DNA of 63,995 nt, the filler included, from Circinaria calcarea (lineage: Eukaryota), in the NCBI GenBank assembly GCA_051942165.1. It is 4 parts of 4 records of this genome, joined end to end, with 100 filler letters (N's around TTAATTAATTAA, not from the genome) between each part and the next. Parts side by side here need not be neighbours in the genome. Positions count along the whole stretch, not along the records: positions 16,774 to 33,433 come from JAVECS010000308.1; positions 33,534 to 50,180 come from JAVECS010000309.1; 2 more parts are not named here. One strand, written 5' to 3'. Position 1 is the first letter of the stretch; each line of letters begins with the position of its first letter. The translations under genes were made by a program, and so were the position numbers. The notes under the pieces are model-generated. The model was not told the DNA's origin. It was given only the letters and a program-made list of their open reading frames with translations, and ran no database searches. This document shows, one piece after another, positions 22,875-36,615 of the stretch.

Positions 22875-24144
22875 TTACTTTGCGATTTCAACCCCGCCAG
22901 TTGCGCCTGTCATCATTAGCACGGGAAACTCACCAACGTCCCAAACCAGAAAACCTAAAAAATGCGAGTACTTACCAAGGGCTTTCTTGATATCTCCATA
23001 GATGGCAAACTGAAAGGCCGTGAGACTCCCAACTGAATTTTTTCGAACGAAAACGGTTAGCATTGGTATTATACTAGTGGCGATTTCGTCCTCCAAGTTA
23101 TTGTACTTACCCATGAAAAGCCTGGCGCCGATGCCCGTGTAACTACCGCGCAATCCGAGTTCTTTACCAATCTTGATCAGACGACGTGTGGTACCTTCTC
23201 CTGGGAGGCCTTGTGTCTTGTTGATCTTGCTGAGCATAGTATCGGCGGGTTGTGAGACAACCGCAGCAGCGAGGCCTGCAACAAGACCGGACCCGAGATT
23301 GATAACCGTCTGCATGCCGTCGGAGGTTTTTGACTTATCCACACGCCTGTAAACAGCTTCTGCGACCTTTTCATAGACCACAAACTTGGCCATGGTGTAT
23401 GGAACCCTAAGGTGATGTTAGCAGTGTTGGTGAATACGACATGTTTGCACTCCCTGTTTGAAAAGGATAGGCCCGAATCCAGAGTAAAAGGCGCCTAAAC
23501 CCTCATTCTTAGCAATCTTAGTAAAGCCACTCAATAAACCAGAGGCGAATGTAGGCTGAGATACAAGTCGAATTCTTGTAGCCTCAAGTGGACAGAGCGC
23601 AATGTCAGCAAAGAATTCCGCGGTAGCTGCTGACGCGAGGTACACAGCAGTGCGATTCCTCGAGGCTGCCTCGTATCCAAAGTAGTTGATGAATTGCTGC
23701 TTGAATAGCTCATATCCTCCAAATTTGAATGCGCCTTGAAGGAAGTATCCAGCTGCCGTTGGACCGAATCCAGTCAACAGTGCACCAGCGCCTTCGCTGG
23801 CAATAACTTGACGGAAGCCACCGATCATTCCCTTGTTGTAAACCTGAGGTTCTAACTGTATCCGGGTCTTAACGCTGTGCATCGGTTAGCTATGAACTGG
23901 CAATCGATTCCAGATTCCAAAATGGTTGCGCTGTCCCTCTAGCCAACATGACCGGGACCAGTACTCACACATCGACAGGCGTGAGACCGCCATGCGTAAC
24001 GGAGCAGCAGACGGCGCCTGCAAGAGCAAATCTCGAGTATAATGCTACTCCACTAAGCTTTTCAGGGGTTTCTGCGCGGGATTTTTGTACAAGCGCGTCG
24101 AGTTTGGTGGAGCCCGTCGATGTTGAAGGCGGTGATGTAGCCAT
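22875..24144 (-). CDS. MIR1: Mitochondrial phosphate carrier (multi-exon)
   Basis: ATG 24144; [25 protein letters not shown] / [45 protein letters not shown]; several introns. Confidence 0.93.
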
Positions 24145-24589
24145 AGTGATATCAGCAGCAGCGAAGCCCTTCAGGAAGTGAGGTTGTGTTGAAGAGAATA
24201 GTGATTGGCCTCTGTGGAAAGAGCGATTTGCTCTTTTAAGATCGTGAAGATCCGGGTCACATCTCGGAAAAACAAAAAATCTCTTTTCGGATGTTCCTGA
24301 CTAGCGGCAAATCCTCCAAGAAGATCTGCGGTCGTACAGGATTACATGTTAAATCTGAGTAGCTTCAATTCCCATACCCCGACTTCCTAGACTTCTGAGC
24401 TTTTTAACAGCTACGAGTATGGTTCGTGTTCTGAGGTTTTTGGGTCTGGTACTCCTTACCAGTATTCTGCACCAGTAGACTCTTTGCTCCGGCTATACCT
24501 CCCTCGGAAAGATATAAGCTCCTACCACAGCTAATTAGGCTTCACCCTACCAGTAAGTCGATAAAGGCGTGGATAAACTCAGTACCCAG

Positions 24590-24692
24590 AGAAAACAGGA
24601 GGAACCAGACCACTAAGAGTAGCGCCATTGGGATTTGAACCCAATTCTGGTGATATCCCGTCCACATTTCGATTGCGCTCCCACGGCTTTCA
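24590..24692 (-). repeat. tRNA-like / SINE-like dispersed element, copy 2
   Basis: Reverse complement reads TGAAAGCCGTGGGAGCGCAATCGAAATGTGGACGGGATATCACCAGAATTGGGTTCAAATCCCAATGGCGCTACTCTTAGTGGTCTGGTTCCTCCTGTTTTCT, homologous to 7449-7560. Confidence 0.7.
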
Positions 24693-27600
24693 CCCAGAGG
24701 TGGATATTTTAAATAGTCATATGCCAACCTGGATTCTAAGGTAATTGGGTATTATCTTACTTTCGCCATTTACGCTGCATGATGAAAGAGTATACGAAAG
24801 AGACTAGGGCTCTGGTTAGTGCAATCAAACAAGACGTCAAATGTACCTACTGAGTCTGAATATCTCAAACAGAAAGTGCGAGAACTTGTATCCTGGTATC
24901 ATACAAGGCTTGTCTGTGTGCACCTGGTCTTGTCTGTTCTGAGCTGTCTACACTCCGTATGTCTACAAGCATCAGCCTAAAACAATTTGTAGAGCACCCT
25001 CATCAAGAGGACTTGCCCAATACGTTCGGAACGGATTGGGCTAGAGAAACGAAGATGACATGATGAGCAAATCCTTTTCTTCGTACTACAATACGTGTCT
25101 ATTCCATCACCTATCGTTTAATACTATTGACGTCCTCAAAATGAGAGATACCTCATTTAAAGGATGTAATCAACAAATCCGCTGCAAGGTTTCATATTTT
25201 AGCTCTATTTTGACAATTTCACTCAGATCTCTAATTCTAATAGCCCCCTTGATCATCTATAGCAATCACATATGTGCAATGCAGCATAGAGAATAGCAAG
25301 TTGTCCGTACTACACATGATTGGCTCCAAGCTCGTCTAAGCCGGATCGGACTATATTTCTATAAAGCCTGGTGTTTCTCAAATCCTAACAAAGGGTCGCT
25401 TAGCTCAACAGCTGTCTTCAGGCTGGATTCAAGAAATATGAGGCAGTCGAGAGTAGGCAGGGCTGAGTACCTGTGTATTCCAACGTTGAGACATAGTGGA
25501 GGAAGAAATTTGTGCTAATCGAAGTCGACTCTAAAGCATGTTGTACAAAGCCGACTTGAGATTGAGAATGATCTGGATCCGAACCTCCATCGGCGATGCT
25601 GTTGTTGAGATGTCGTTCAAACAAAGATTTCTTTTGGAAACTCATGCACGTCAAGGCTACCTGGACAGTGTGTTCGGGTGTCGCATCAATAATAGTATCA
25701 CCAGGAACAAGGTCCAGCAATCTGAAACAAAGAGTACAAAAATACATTCGTCTTCCAAGAGGAACGTTTACCTTGAAACGCTCCCACCACAGTGGCGTTA
25801 CTAGGTCAGTGTGGAGCTTGTCTAGAGGGAAGTTGACGGCAGAACGATGAACTTATGATCACCGATTTCCGAACTTTGATGCAGCCAATCATAACATCGA
25901 TTGCGTGTTTCATCTTACATGACTTACTGATACTCATGTGATAGGCAAACTGACATGCTATAGGTTCTCGTGTGGCAGCGAGGTACAGACGGCACAAATC
26001 CATGGGACCGCTAAAGATAGACTGCCCTACAGAATGATCTGCAGAAAGCCCAAAATCTGTGGGGAACCTGTTATCATCGAGTTTCGTTTTAGAGGTCTTA
26101 CCTTAGTGCACTTCTTACCTTCTGGCCTGGCCGCTGTTAGCTAATGGAGAATTTCGTCGGATCTTCGAGCTCTTGGCCTGCTCCCTCTTGAGCGCAAGGA
26201 AATTAATACTGCCGCCTAACGGATCGTGCTGCCGGCTAAGCTGATCGATTTGCTCCAGAAGCACCTGCTTTGTCGAATTATCCTGCAGTTTTTGGGTTAC
26301 GGAGAATGACCACAGTCGGAGCCACTTGGGAATGTGGGCTCTGCGACTGAACAACAGCAGTGTGGCGATCAAACCCAACTCATCAGAGTTTCCGATTATG
26401 ACGAGTACTGCGACCATCTCGAGGCCATTGGCATGGCAGAATTGCCCTGAATGATCACCGTATAGTGTGGGGAAGCTGGGCAGAAGTAGCGTTCATGCAA
26501 TCAGCATGTGGATGGCCTTGTCCGGTCGGGCTTTCGGTGGTATTGGCACAAGCAGCCCGTATGTGCCCTCGACCTACATGCCCTAAGCTCGGCATGCTGT
26601 GCCGGCGGCTGTCCCGCAACAGCTGCATTCTAAATGTAGCTCAAAGTTGAAACCACCTTAACAACAGTCAGAATGATGTCGTTTGGTGGATTGGTAGCTT
26701 CCATTGGTAGCTCATAGGGAGACTCTTTTTGCGCTTAGGTATTCTGTGTGCAGCTGCCAGCAGTGCCAGCAGCTCATTAAACTAAGAGTCATTTACTTGC
26801 AGTATCTGCATTGCGACCAGGCTACGTACTACCGAAGGAATACACTAAGGGCATTGTGTCTTACAATCCGAGCAACAAGTCGTCTCTGCAAGGTATCGTC
26901 CAATCAGGGGTTGAATCCTATGGAAGGTTCTTCGTGCCTTCTGCCGACGTTGGTTTGTGCGGAAATAACGTGTTTATGTAATCGATGCCTCTTCGTCTGC
27001 AATTACTCCAACGGGCTTAGCGTCGAAATCTTGGTTTCGTACAAGCGATACCACTCGTACCACTTCGTACATGTTGATAGCCGCACCGCCATATTGAGGC
27101 TATGCCGTCAAAACAATAGGCATCCCAGGGAGTCGAATTCAACGAGCGAGGTAATTCCGGGATAGGTCATCTCGATTGAATTTTGCGGGTGTGTGTTTCA
27201 GGAGTGCTACACTTGATGGTGTAGCCGGATGGGCGATTAGTGGCTGAGCTTGGGTTGAAACGGCTTTCCAGTCTTCTCTCCACGAACTATATCCCGACAA
27301 GATCTGGACCGTTACCACCACCGCCGAGGGAGCCGGTCAGTCCTTTTTCGGACGCTTATGCAAGGGACTCCGAAACCGATCAGAAGAATTTCACCACAGG
27401 TTCGTTTCAGGTATTTTGGTCTCTGCCAAAGCAAACTTTGGCAACAATCCAGATACGTGGGACTGGCGCAACTGTTTCCAGTATGTGTAGGTGAAATTCC
27501 AGACGGTAATGGATGGATGGGGGCCGAGCGTGTGAAGTGCAATGCTGCTTTAGTCCTTTTCTGCCTACCTTCTTCGGTCCTTCCACAATGCCTGCATGCC

Positions 27601-28499
27601 GACTGAGGACGTATGGGCGATCTCAATCGGGGGCCGGGTCTGGCAGCTCAAGAGGTTGATGTAGGGCGTGCCATTGGACGACGGACGTAGTTCCAGCTCT
27701 TCGATGCTGATCGATACTCGGGATCTTGGCGGCGTCCGATTGTCAGTTGGTCGCCCTCGATTCTGGTGGTTGCCTTAAGCGAATAGGGCACCGGTGCTCG
27801 AACGGGGTTCAGCCATTGCCTCCTGCCAACCCCTACCGCAGCCTTAAGCACTAACTTATGCATGTTGATCACCCTAAACTTCTACTATGGTAAGCTGATT
27901 TAGCCCGGTCAGCCATCCCTCATCCCTGGCAAGCATCCCCGTCCCTGGATCCTGGTAATGGCGCACTCTCCATCGAGTATCAACTTGCATTTGCTGCAAT
28001 CAGTCGCAACTTCGACATACTGTGGTAACGTGAAAACAACCCCCGCCCCTCCCCGGAACTGACATGACAGCCAGACGGCGACCCTATGACCCCCCGGGCC
28101 ACATTGACACCCGTCTCGAAAGAGACTAATCGGCAGACAGGCACCCTAGCGCAACATCTCCTACATCAACATGGTGTCAGGGAGCCGTGGACATGGAGCT
28201 CATCCCTCCCCATTTTCCAGATTCGTGCTTCCTGCTCCCATACCCCGCAAGCAGCCCTAACCATCTCTGTGCGCCTATAGCACACCCTGGGCCCCGGTCA
28301 ACTAAGCCTTCGAGTGTCCTGTATCAATTGTTTGGACCGTGGCCGTTTTGGTGATCGGCCTTGATATTCAACTTCGTCTTAAAAGCTGCTTGGATGTCCG
28401 TCTTGTTACTCTCCTGCAAGTCTTCTGGAAGATATCTTCTTATTTGCTATACTAAACTTCATCTAATTCTATCAACCGTCTGTACCATTCACGCCCATC

Positions 28500-30633
28500 A
28501 TGTTGCTGTATCATAGACCTGTACCTGCAAAGATACCTAAACGTCGTTCTCGAGCAGGTAAGCTCTGGGCCACCCGCCATCCCTCCTGCTTTCTAGACAC
28601 GCTGTGTTCGACGAGGATCAAGGACTGATCTCAGCTGCGTTTCGCGTATAGGCTGTGTTCACTGGTACGTTTGATAAGGCTACCGGCAAACACCGAGTAG
28701 AGCACGAGCTGACTTTGAGACAGCAAGGAGAAGAAGAAGAAGTGCAACGAAGAGCGCCCACAATGCGATCGATGCATCGAGCGAGGTCTCAAGTGCGAGT
28801 ATGAACCGGTCAAGCCGAGGAAGAGGAGAAGGACCGTGTCCAACCCAGAGCACTTTGGAATGCGGCCGCCTACGACAGCCCCCGGCCAACACCTTACCGC
28901 GTTCCACAACAGGCTGCAAGCTCTCCGTCACGATTCGAGTCCCGGATCGTCCATCCTCTCGGAATCTCCTACGCCTCCTCTGCCAGCTATTGCTGAGAAT
29001 TGGGAAGTTCACAGTGCGCATTCGGTCTTCAGCGATACTGGGTCGAGTTGTGGGAGTGACACCATTCTAGATATGAATTCTCCATTGCCTCCGTTCGATG
29101 CTTTAGAAGGCTTCCCACGATCGGTAGCAGAACTCTCGGAGATCAAGCCCCTCCACATGGACCCCATGGATGGGTTTGCCAAACACCACTACGACGACGA
29201 GATCCATACGACGCAGGATCTATTCGCACCAACATCTGCGTTATCAAGAAGCAGCTCCTACCCCGATCCTACCAGTGCCTTTATTTCACCCACCTCTGGC
29301 GGATCGCCGTATGATTTTGAGATTCCTGCTTTCTCCGAGTTTACTACAAGAGAATCGCGTAGAGGTCTGCTGGATCACTTCTGCAATGTGCTCAGTCATC
29401 TGATCGTGTTCAAGGAGGATTCTGGGAATCCTTTCCGGCAACTGGTGCTACCTTTAGCACAGAAGAGTCCGCCCCTCCTCAATGCGATATACGCTATTTC
29501 GAGTGCTCACCTCGAGCATCGAGATCTACAGGTGGAGGAGAGAGCGCTGGATTTGCATTCCAAGGCTTTGCAGGGTTTGGCGAATTTGATAGCGCACAAA
29601 GACGAGGGCAATAGAGACGAAGTCCTCGCCGTCATTATCTTGTTGCTCTACTACGAGGTACGTTAACCTGAACTACCTCACAGGACTGAGACAATCAGGC
29701 TGATCCTATCCTAGATCGTACGAAGTGGATCTTCTACGGTTCTTGATAGTCACTTAAGGGGTGCTCTGTCAATAATGCGGGAACGACGGGCCAGGCGTGG
29801 CCCGACGAGTACCTTCCTGGAGCGGGTACATCATCTTCCAACTATCACAAAGACCACAGACTAATCTTTACAAGGCATTCAGGTATTTCGACGTATCCTC
29901 GGCTCTTTCTTTTGGCACTTCTCCCATGTCTGGAACAATCCTTGCACCTACAACTAATGATCTCCTTAACATCCGTGAATGTTCTGCCATGTCCGCTGTT
30001 GACACATTGTTCGGCCTGGTTGCCGACTTATGGCCCCTTCTCCACCGTCTAGCTAGTCTGATTGATGTCAAGCGGAGTCTTGACAAGGAGGAAATGAATA
30101 GCCCAGGTCACGACAAAGCAAATAGTATGCGCTCAGAGTTCGATACCAGCACGGCGAACATTGAGCTTGCCTTACATCAATGGACCCCCAAGATACCAGC
30201 GTCAATGGTATCCATCGAGACACCCTCGGACGACTCTCGCCTTCAATCGGTCCTAAACAATGCGGAAGCCCATAAACAGGCTGCAATTGTCTACCTTTAC
30301 CGTGATATCCATTCCGAACCACGCTCGTCGCCCAGAGTTCAGACCCCGGCCAAGCAGGCTCTCCAAGCGTGTCTACGGGTTGTCATCTTCTCCGGACCCA
30401 TGGCTGCCCTCCTCTGGCCATTGTTCACGTCCGCTTGCGAAGCGATAGAAGACGTCGACCGCAATGTCGCAAGGAAGGTATTCAGACACCTTGAGAACAG
30501 ACAAGGTATGAATAACATCGTCACTGGCTGGGAAGTTTGCATGGAGGTATGGCGAAGGATCGATATCGGCCAAGTGGACATTGGCTGGAGAGAGGTCGCG
30601 CAGCAGTTGGGCAGGGAGGTTATCTTTGGATGA
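28500..30633 (+). CDS. Zn(II)2Cys6 transcription factor with fungal-specific TF domain (Fungal_trans_2 type)
   Basis: Spliced [37 protein letters not shown] (13-nt exon 28652-28664); downstream NPFRQLVLPLA, AISSAHL, LLWPLFTSACEA. Confidence 0.9.
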
Positions 30634-33433
30634 TTACGAGAAACTATTTTACGTTCGCTTTGAATACTGCATTTCTAGCATTTGGATGGAGAGTGGGATC
30701 TTTTTGCCGCATTTACATCGTGGTGTTGGGTTGATGTCGGATGGCGATCATAGATTTCCTTTTGGGTGTCTGGAGAAAGGAAGCATAACCCTACATGCTT
30801 CATACATGTATTTTAGATCCTCTATTTGGAAGAGGCATCCCGGCGGTCGTTTACTTTGATGCAAAAAGGAATACTCTGGGGGAAAAAATTTAAGGAGCCT
30901 TGCGAATTGAGAGACATCTGCTTAGGGTTTGTGCCAAGGCACAAATATCCAACAAGAAACTCGCGCCACCTGATCTCGGCCAGTTGCGGAAACGTGATGT
31001 CGACAGTAACCAATCATTCCAACTCTCTTTCTCTAGTCTCACTAAACATCGATCGACAGTCTTCACCCCGTATCTAGCTATTCACCGCTATTCATTCAGA
31101 CTACAACCACCTTCTTATTGGCCGACCTCCGAACACTTACCCCGACACCCTCCTCATAATCCCTCCTTTCCAGCTCATCCTCGATGATTGGGCGTTGGCC
31201 GTTGCCAGACGCGCCACATTGATCCTTGCGCTCCACATATCAACGTCACAACCACCACCAAAATGGCTCGGAACGTCGAATTACGCCACTAATTCCCAGG
31301 TTCAAGTGTGACACTAAAACGGCCATCGAAGGGCAAGAAATCAGCGCTAGAAGGTCACTAGAAGCTGCAGAATGATTCTAGAATTCTGCTAGAAAGGCGC
31401 TAGAAGAGGTTTAGCGGGACGCCCGATGACTGCATCCTGATCCACAAGGCATAAGGGTGTTTCGAATCGGATCAGCCACTACAGTTCGGCTCCTACCCGA
31501 GACCTCCATTCAGATCAAACGTTAATATATCGTCAACAACAAATCTCTCAGGGACTACGGGCAGCGCGTCACCAAAACATGCAGACTCGGGAACTGAGAG
31601 GTCCGTTAGGTCGGGGCCTTGGGGAGAAGGAAAATAGCCGACAGGGTGTTATGGTAGAAGACCACAAGGCTGATGTTGGTAGTATTGTAACTACCTTAGC
31701 GCTGAGCTCGATACACATAGTGGAAGCCACAGGAAAGGGTGCTTTGGCCCTTTGCACTTCTTCCTACGAACCCCACAACTAAGCACAGCCAACCACGACT
31801 AGTGAACCACTATCCGTGGTTGTCTCCTTTCGGGTTCCTCCTGGTTGTGACATGGTTAGGTGGGGACTAAGGAGTGCCCGCCCTTGAGGGTCATGCAACT
31901 GTTGGAATTTTTGAATACGAAAGCTGGAGCAGCGACGATAGCCTCATGATCCGTTCAGATACGGATACGTTACTCGCCCGTTGTCAGTCGCTACGAGTTT
32001 CCTACCGTAAGGGCAGAATCCCCTCCCCCGGATACTACGAGTCATGGAACGCTCGATTACCATGTGAACCAACTCTTGACTAGCCCCATGATCTTTTCCA
32101 CGAAATTTACTTTTTAAGTCGAACCCGAATACCTTACCTTGGCAGTTCCTGAAGTGACTGGGAGTTTGCAGTTGGGAGCCCCTAAATCTATGCCACCGTC
32201 AGGTCCGCCCGGTCGGACTTCCACCGTTTCAGCTCTCCCTTTGGGGGGGGGGGAATCCAATTAATACGAACTGCACATTGAGATAACAAACCCATGGGTA
32301 AGTGTGCCCGCCTCTTACGCCCCTAGTGCGGCCTAACCCGCAGCCCTATTGTGCCCGGAATGTGGAGATTGAACCTTCCACCGTCCTTCTGTTCCCTTCT
32401 GTTACTATACATAGTCCCTTTTTTCCAAAATGTAAAATAACAGGGGTTGCCACGGAGCCCCCAGTCCGTGAACTCACACATCCAGTTTTCCTCCTCCTCC
32501 TCCATCCCCTTATCATCTGCAACTCTTACATTTTAACCTGCCCTCATTCCCCCAAGAGCGCCACGGGCGTAGTTGCCCCTTACCCCCCCCCCGTTGGAAA
32601 TTTAGGGGGCCACGGAGCCCATAGCACAGTTGTAGTATCAGGGTTGGGTATCCCTCGATTATGGGCGTTGCGCTTCGTCCTCCTTCTCCTTCTCCGGGGT
32701 CTTATGATAACATTTTCTCAAAACAACCAACCCAACCAACCTACTCCATCCATCCTTAAAGGACAAGAGCCACAACTGTTGGCATCAGCCCAAGTCTAAA
32801 TCCGCCCACTGGGGTCACGTACTATGTATAGTAGGCTACCACCGTAGAGTTAACGGGAAATAGTCCCGACGACTTGTCGGTTTAGTCCGTTCTAGGTCAG
32901 TCAATTCACCACCGGTTCAGGGAATTTCCCTATCCAACATCTCTCGGTAGAAGTAAGTACCCAAGGGGCCTCAAGGATGTTGTTGGTTTCAGATGCAGGC
33001 GAAAAAGGAATCATTCCAGTTTCTCTTCAACTAAAGCCCCCCCTTGGCTATTCTTCTATACTATAGAGTCACTTAATTCGTCTGAAAGTGGAGCAGAAAC
33101 ATCGTGTCAGCCCCCCGACCTGGTCCATCCTTCGCTCCCCCTTTGTTCCCACAAATCCGTCTCCTAGAACCGTCTTATCAATCCACATGTATGAAGCCTG
33201 TGCCCCTGTTCCTTTGATAAATCTGCAAGAACACATGTTCCCAAACGAGTCAGATGCCAGGGCACGGAGACTTGGGGTGCTGAAAGGCGGTTTGGGACAT
33301 TCTCAAGTTCTGAAACAATGGTACACTGGTATTCTGAAATCTCAAGAGGCAATTACCTCACCGTATATCTCTCCCCTCCTCTTCTTCCATTCCTTCCTCC
33401 CTCTTTCCTCTTTCCCTCCTCCCTCCTCCCCCT

Positions 33434-33533
33434 NNNNNNNNNNNNNNNNNNNNNNNNNNNNNNNNNNNNNNNNNNNNTTAATTAATTAANNNNNNNNNNN
33501 NNNNNNNNNNNNNNNNNNNNNNNNNNNNNNNNN
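33434..33533. other. Artificial contig linker
   Basis: 44N-TTAATTAATTAA-44N. Confidence 0.97.
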
Positions 33534-36134
33534 GAGTAGGGAGGAGAGGGAGGGGAGGATGCAGATGAGGGAGCGCGGGGTGATGCCTTGGAGGGTGGAA
33601 GTCGTCGTCTGATGGGCGATGGGGCCAGGGATGACGTAGGATTGCGAGATGACGTGAGGGAACCCCGGGGATTGGGAGGGAAGGAGACTGGAGAAATTTT
33701 GGGCGGAGCCGAGGGGTCCGCGGTCGTTGGGCCAGGGAGATTCGTAGAGTTCGGAGATGATGAGTTGATAGCCTTTTGGGAGTTGGTTGTTGGTTGAAGA
33801 GTTGGTGGGAGGGACAATGGATGGGTCCGAGTAGAGGGAATATGTGAACCAGTTCTCGGAAAAGGTCGCGGAGATGGGTTTGCTCGCGTCAACGCCAGAA
33901 TGAGTGGTGGTGTAGAGAATTTGACCCGAGATGGCGTCGAGGAGGTAAATTGACAAGGTAGAGGCCGCGAGTGACGAGGCGACAAGTAGGACAAGATTGG
34001 GACTCAGGTATTTGTACAGTACGTTCCGATCACCGAGTACCTTACCAATGGAAGCCACTGGATCGTGGGGTGGACGTGTCGCCAATTCGGAAATGGACTC
34101 GCCAGGAGGTAGGGTAAATTTCCAAGTCAAAGCACGTTTACCCTCACTTGTCAGGCTCCATCCTCCGATATCTTCATTTGATAGTCGAGTGACAATGGTC
34201 GTCTTTCTGAGTTTTGCCCGAGGCTCGCTAGGGGAGCCGTCTTTGTTGATGATGACAAGGGTCTTCTCCCCAGATGTGTCAGGAACAATCAAGAAGGTCT
34301 CAATTGTCGGGGTCAATCTTGCGGGCTGGTATTGTACGATCTTCCCTGTCAGATTCTCAATGCGTAAATATTCTCCATCGGCGGCCGTTATGTCAGAAAA
34401 CCCCTTTCCCACGTCGATAGTATTGACCTTCCATTGAGTGTGTGGTGGTAGTTTGACAGCTTGTATATTCCAGATGACTCTACCCTGCGCTCCGGTATCT
34501 AGTGCCATCAAACGACCTTTCTCGGTAGCGACAATCACCACTTTCCGAAACCCAAATCCATCACGTTCCAGGGTCTGAACTTGCGAGCTTAATTGGTCCC
34601 CAAGTAGACCGCCCAGAAGTCGAGAAGGTAGTTTGGAAACCCAGCTAGGAAACTTCTTCATATCTCTCGCGTGCCGACTGACCCGGTGGATGTATGCTGA
34701 GAGGATATTGTTCTGGCTTTCCATGGAAAGCTCCTTGGCCAAGTCTTCCTCTATAGGTAATTCAACCCATCCAGCAGCAACAACTCCTGCTAATCCTTCT
34801 TGCCTAAGCCAAACAGGATCACCGTTACGAATGAGAACCCAGTCACCGGATGACAATGTCACAGCAGATCTGACAGCAAAGCCTGAACCACCTTTTGACA
34901 CAACCTCTGATACAGCATGAACAACGTCTTCTGGTTCTGTCCACCCGCCGTGGCTTTTAGGACTTATCGGCCAACGTTCTAGTATCCCATGAGAGCTCGA
35001 AGCGACGAGAGTAACCTCGAAGTCAGTGTTCCTAGTAAAGTATACATTTGCATTCCTTGTGCTTGTCGAGAATGCTCCCTGTCCATCTACTCGAGGGAGA
35101 TCGTATGCTTTAGCCACAGTTCGTGCGGCGACATCGATATGGTAAACCTGTGCCCAGTGTGAATCCGAGGTCTGATAATGAACCAGGAAATGAGGTTGAG
35201 CGTTGGCGGTGTTGGGTGCGTGGACGGTAAATCGTGTTATCGCCTCCTTTCCATAATCTCCCACGTTGATACTGGTAACGTGTTTCGAGCCTAAAACGTT
35301 GATTTTCAAGGTCTTGGAAGATTTCTCCATCCACAATAGCGTCGGTGCTGCAATGTTGCCTGTAATCTGCACAATTGGCTCGTCACTATCAAGATTGAAG
35401 GTGTGATGCCATGTTTGTGTAGCCTTGACAGGATCAAGTGTAGTAACCCCAATCTTGAACCCTTTTAACAATGCTGAGTGAAGGGAAACGAGGTGAATAT
35501 CCGTAGCCGAAGCCGATATTGCGAGCGGTGTATCTCCACTGTGCAAGTCAGCAATGAACCAAGTTAATCATACAATCTCCTGCCCATCCCACCTCTCATC
35601 AACATAAGTCCATACAACTTGTCCATCTGCAGTTCCCAGTCTCGTAATTATGCTTTTGCCGTCCTCTAGACTGAGGACAATCACGTCTTTACTGGCTCCC
35701 TCCATCTCCAGAACTTCTAGGCCTTGGATTATACCCTTCGTCTCCCATGCCCACGCCAATCGTCCGTCTGCCGCATCCCAAGCTTTTACGGCACCTCCTA
35801 CAGCGCTAACAATTACATTCTCTCCTTCTCCGGCCTTCAAAAAGCTCCTCGCAGCTGTCTCGTTGTACACATCTTCTTTCAAGTATTGCCGCCAAACGAT
35901 TGCGCCATCTTTGGGATTCACAGCACCTAGTACATGCTTTTTGGAGAGGGTGTAAAGTAGAAAAGCTTTCGAAGCGGCCGAGGGTCGGTGGAAGAATGTG
36001 GTATGCGGCTGGGGAGTACCTAAAAGGGCATGGTGGTAGTCGTTTTGATAGGCTTCGTCTGCGTATATTCCTTGTGTGATTGCGACGAGTATGGACAGAG
36101 ATAACAAGAGGAGGGAGAGCGCATGAGAGCGCAT
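33534..36134 (-). CDS. EMC1: ER membrane protein complex subunit 1, 3' end cut by contig break
   Basis: Signal peptide then IYADEAYQNDYHHALLG, GAVNPKDGAIVWRQ, GFGFRKVVIVAT, PVASIGKVLGDRNVLYKYL, TLQGITPRSLI; intron at ~35541-35592. Confidence 0.92.
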
Positions 36135-36615
36135 ATTATCGGACGCAAGCACTGTATTGTATTATGTCTTCTCAAAACCACGACGAAGTATGTTACTTCT
36201 GACTAGCTTGCCCTAATTCAATGCAAACCAAGCAAACACGATCGGACCCTGCAGATCATCGTTTCCCCTGTCCTTGATATCCAGCCTTACAAGGTAAACA
36301 TTTCCCCAACCCATACAAAGAGCACAGCTACGATTTAGGCATTTAATCAAGCGTAAGCATTTATATTTGCTATGTACTTTTACTAAGAAGTTCCGATTTT
36401 CTTATTTATATCAACCCATCTCTTACGAATTTAGGGTAGGCTTGGAGATTTAATTCCTGCAAGTTAGCCTTTTTTTTTGCCAGTGGAAAACTTACCTGGT
36501 ACCAATTGTCTTTTTTTTACCCCCCCCCCAATAAACCCAACTCTTTCTATTGATTCCCATCTCTTGAAACTTCCCAAAGCGCTTGTCGGTATCTCAATCC
36601 AGACACAAGGCTAGA

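Noticed and set aside
24590..24692. Possible tRNA-Sec or permuted tRNA (TTCAAA loop; AGTGGTCTGG resembling a D-loop)
   Set aside because: TTCAAAT fits a standard T-loop, the arm order does not match tRNA-Sec, and the downstream motif differs in copy 1.
25400..27650. Scattered protein-like fragments between MIR1 and the Zn2Cys6 gene
   Set aside because: Could be decayed genes, but I could not recognise a family or build a consistent exon structure.
32330..32342. CCTAACCC as a telomerase RNA template
   Set aside because: A single 8-mer is expected by chance, and no supporting pseudoknot or other conserved domain could be identified by eye.
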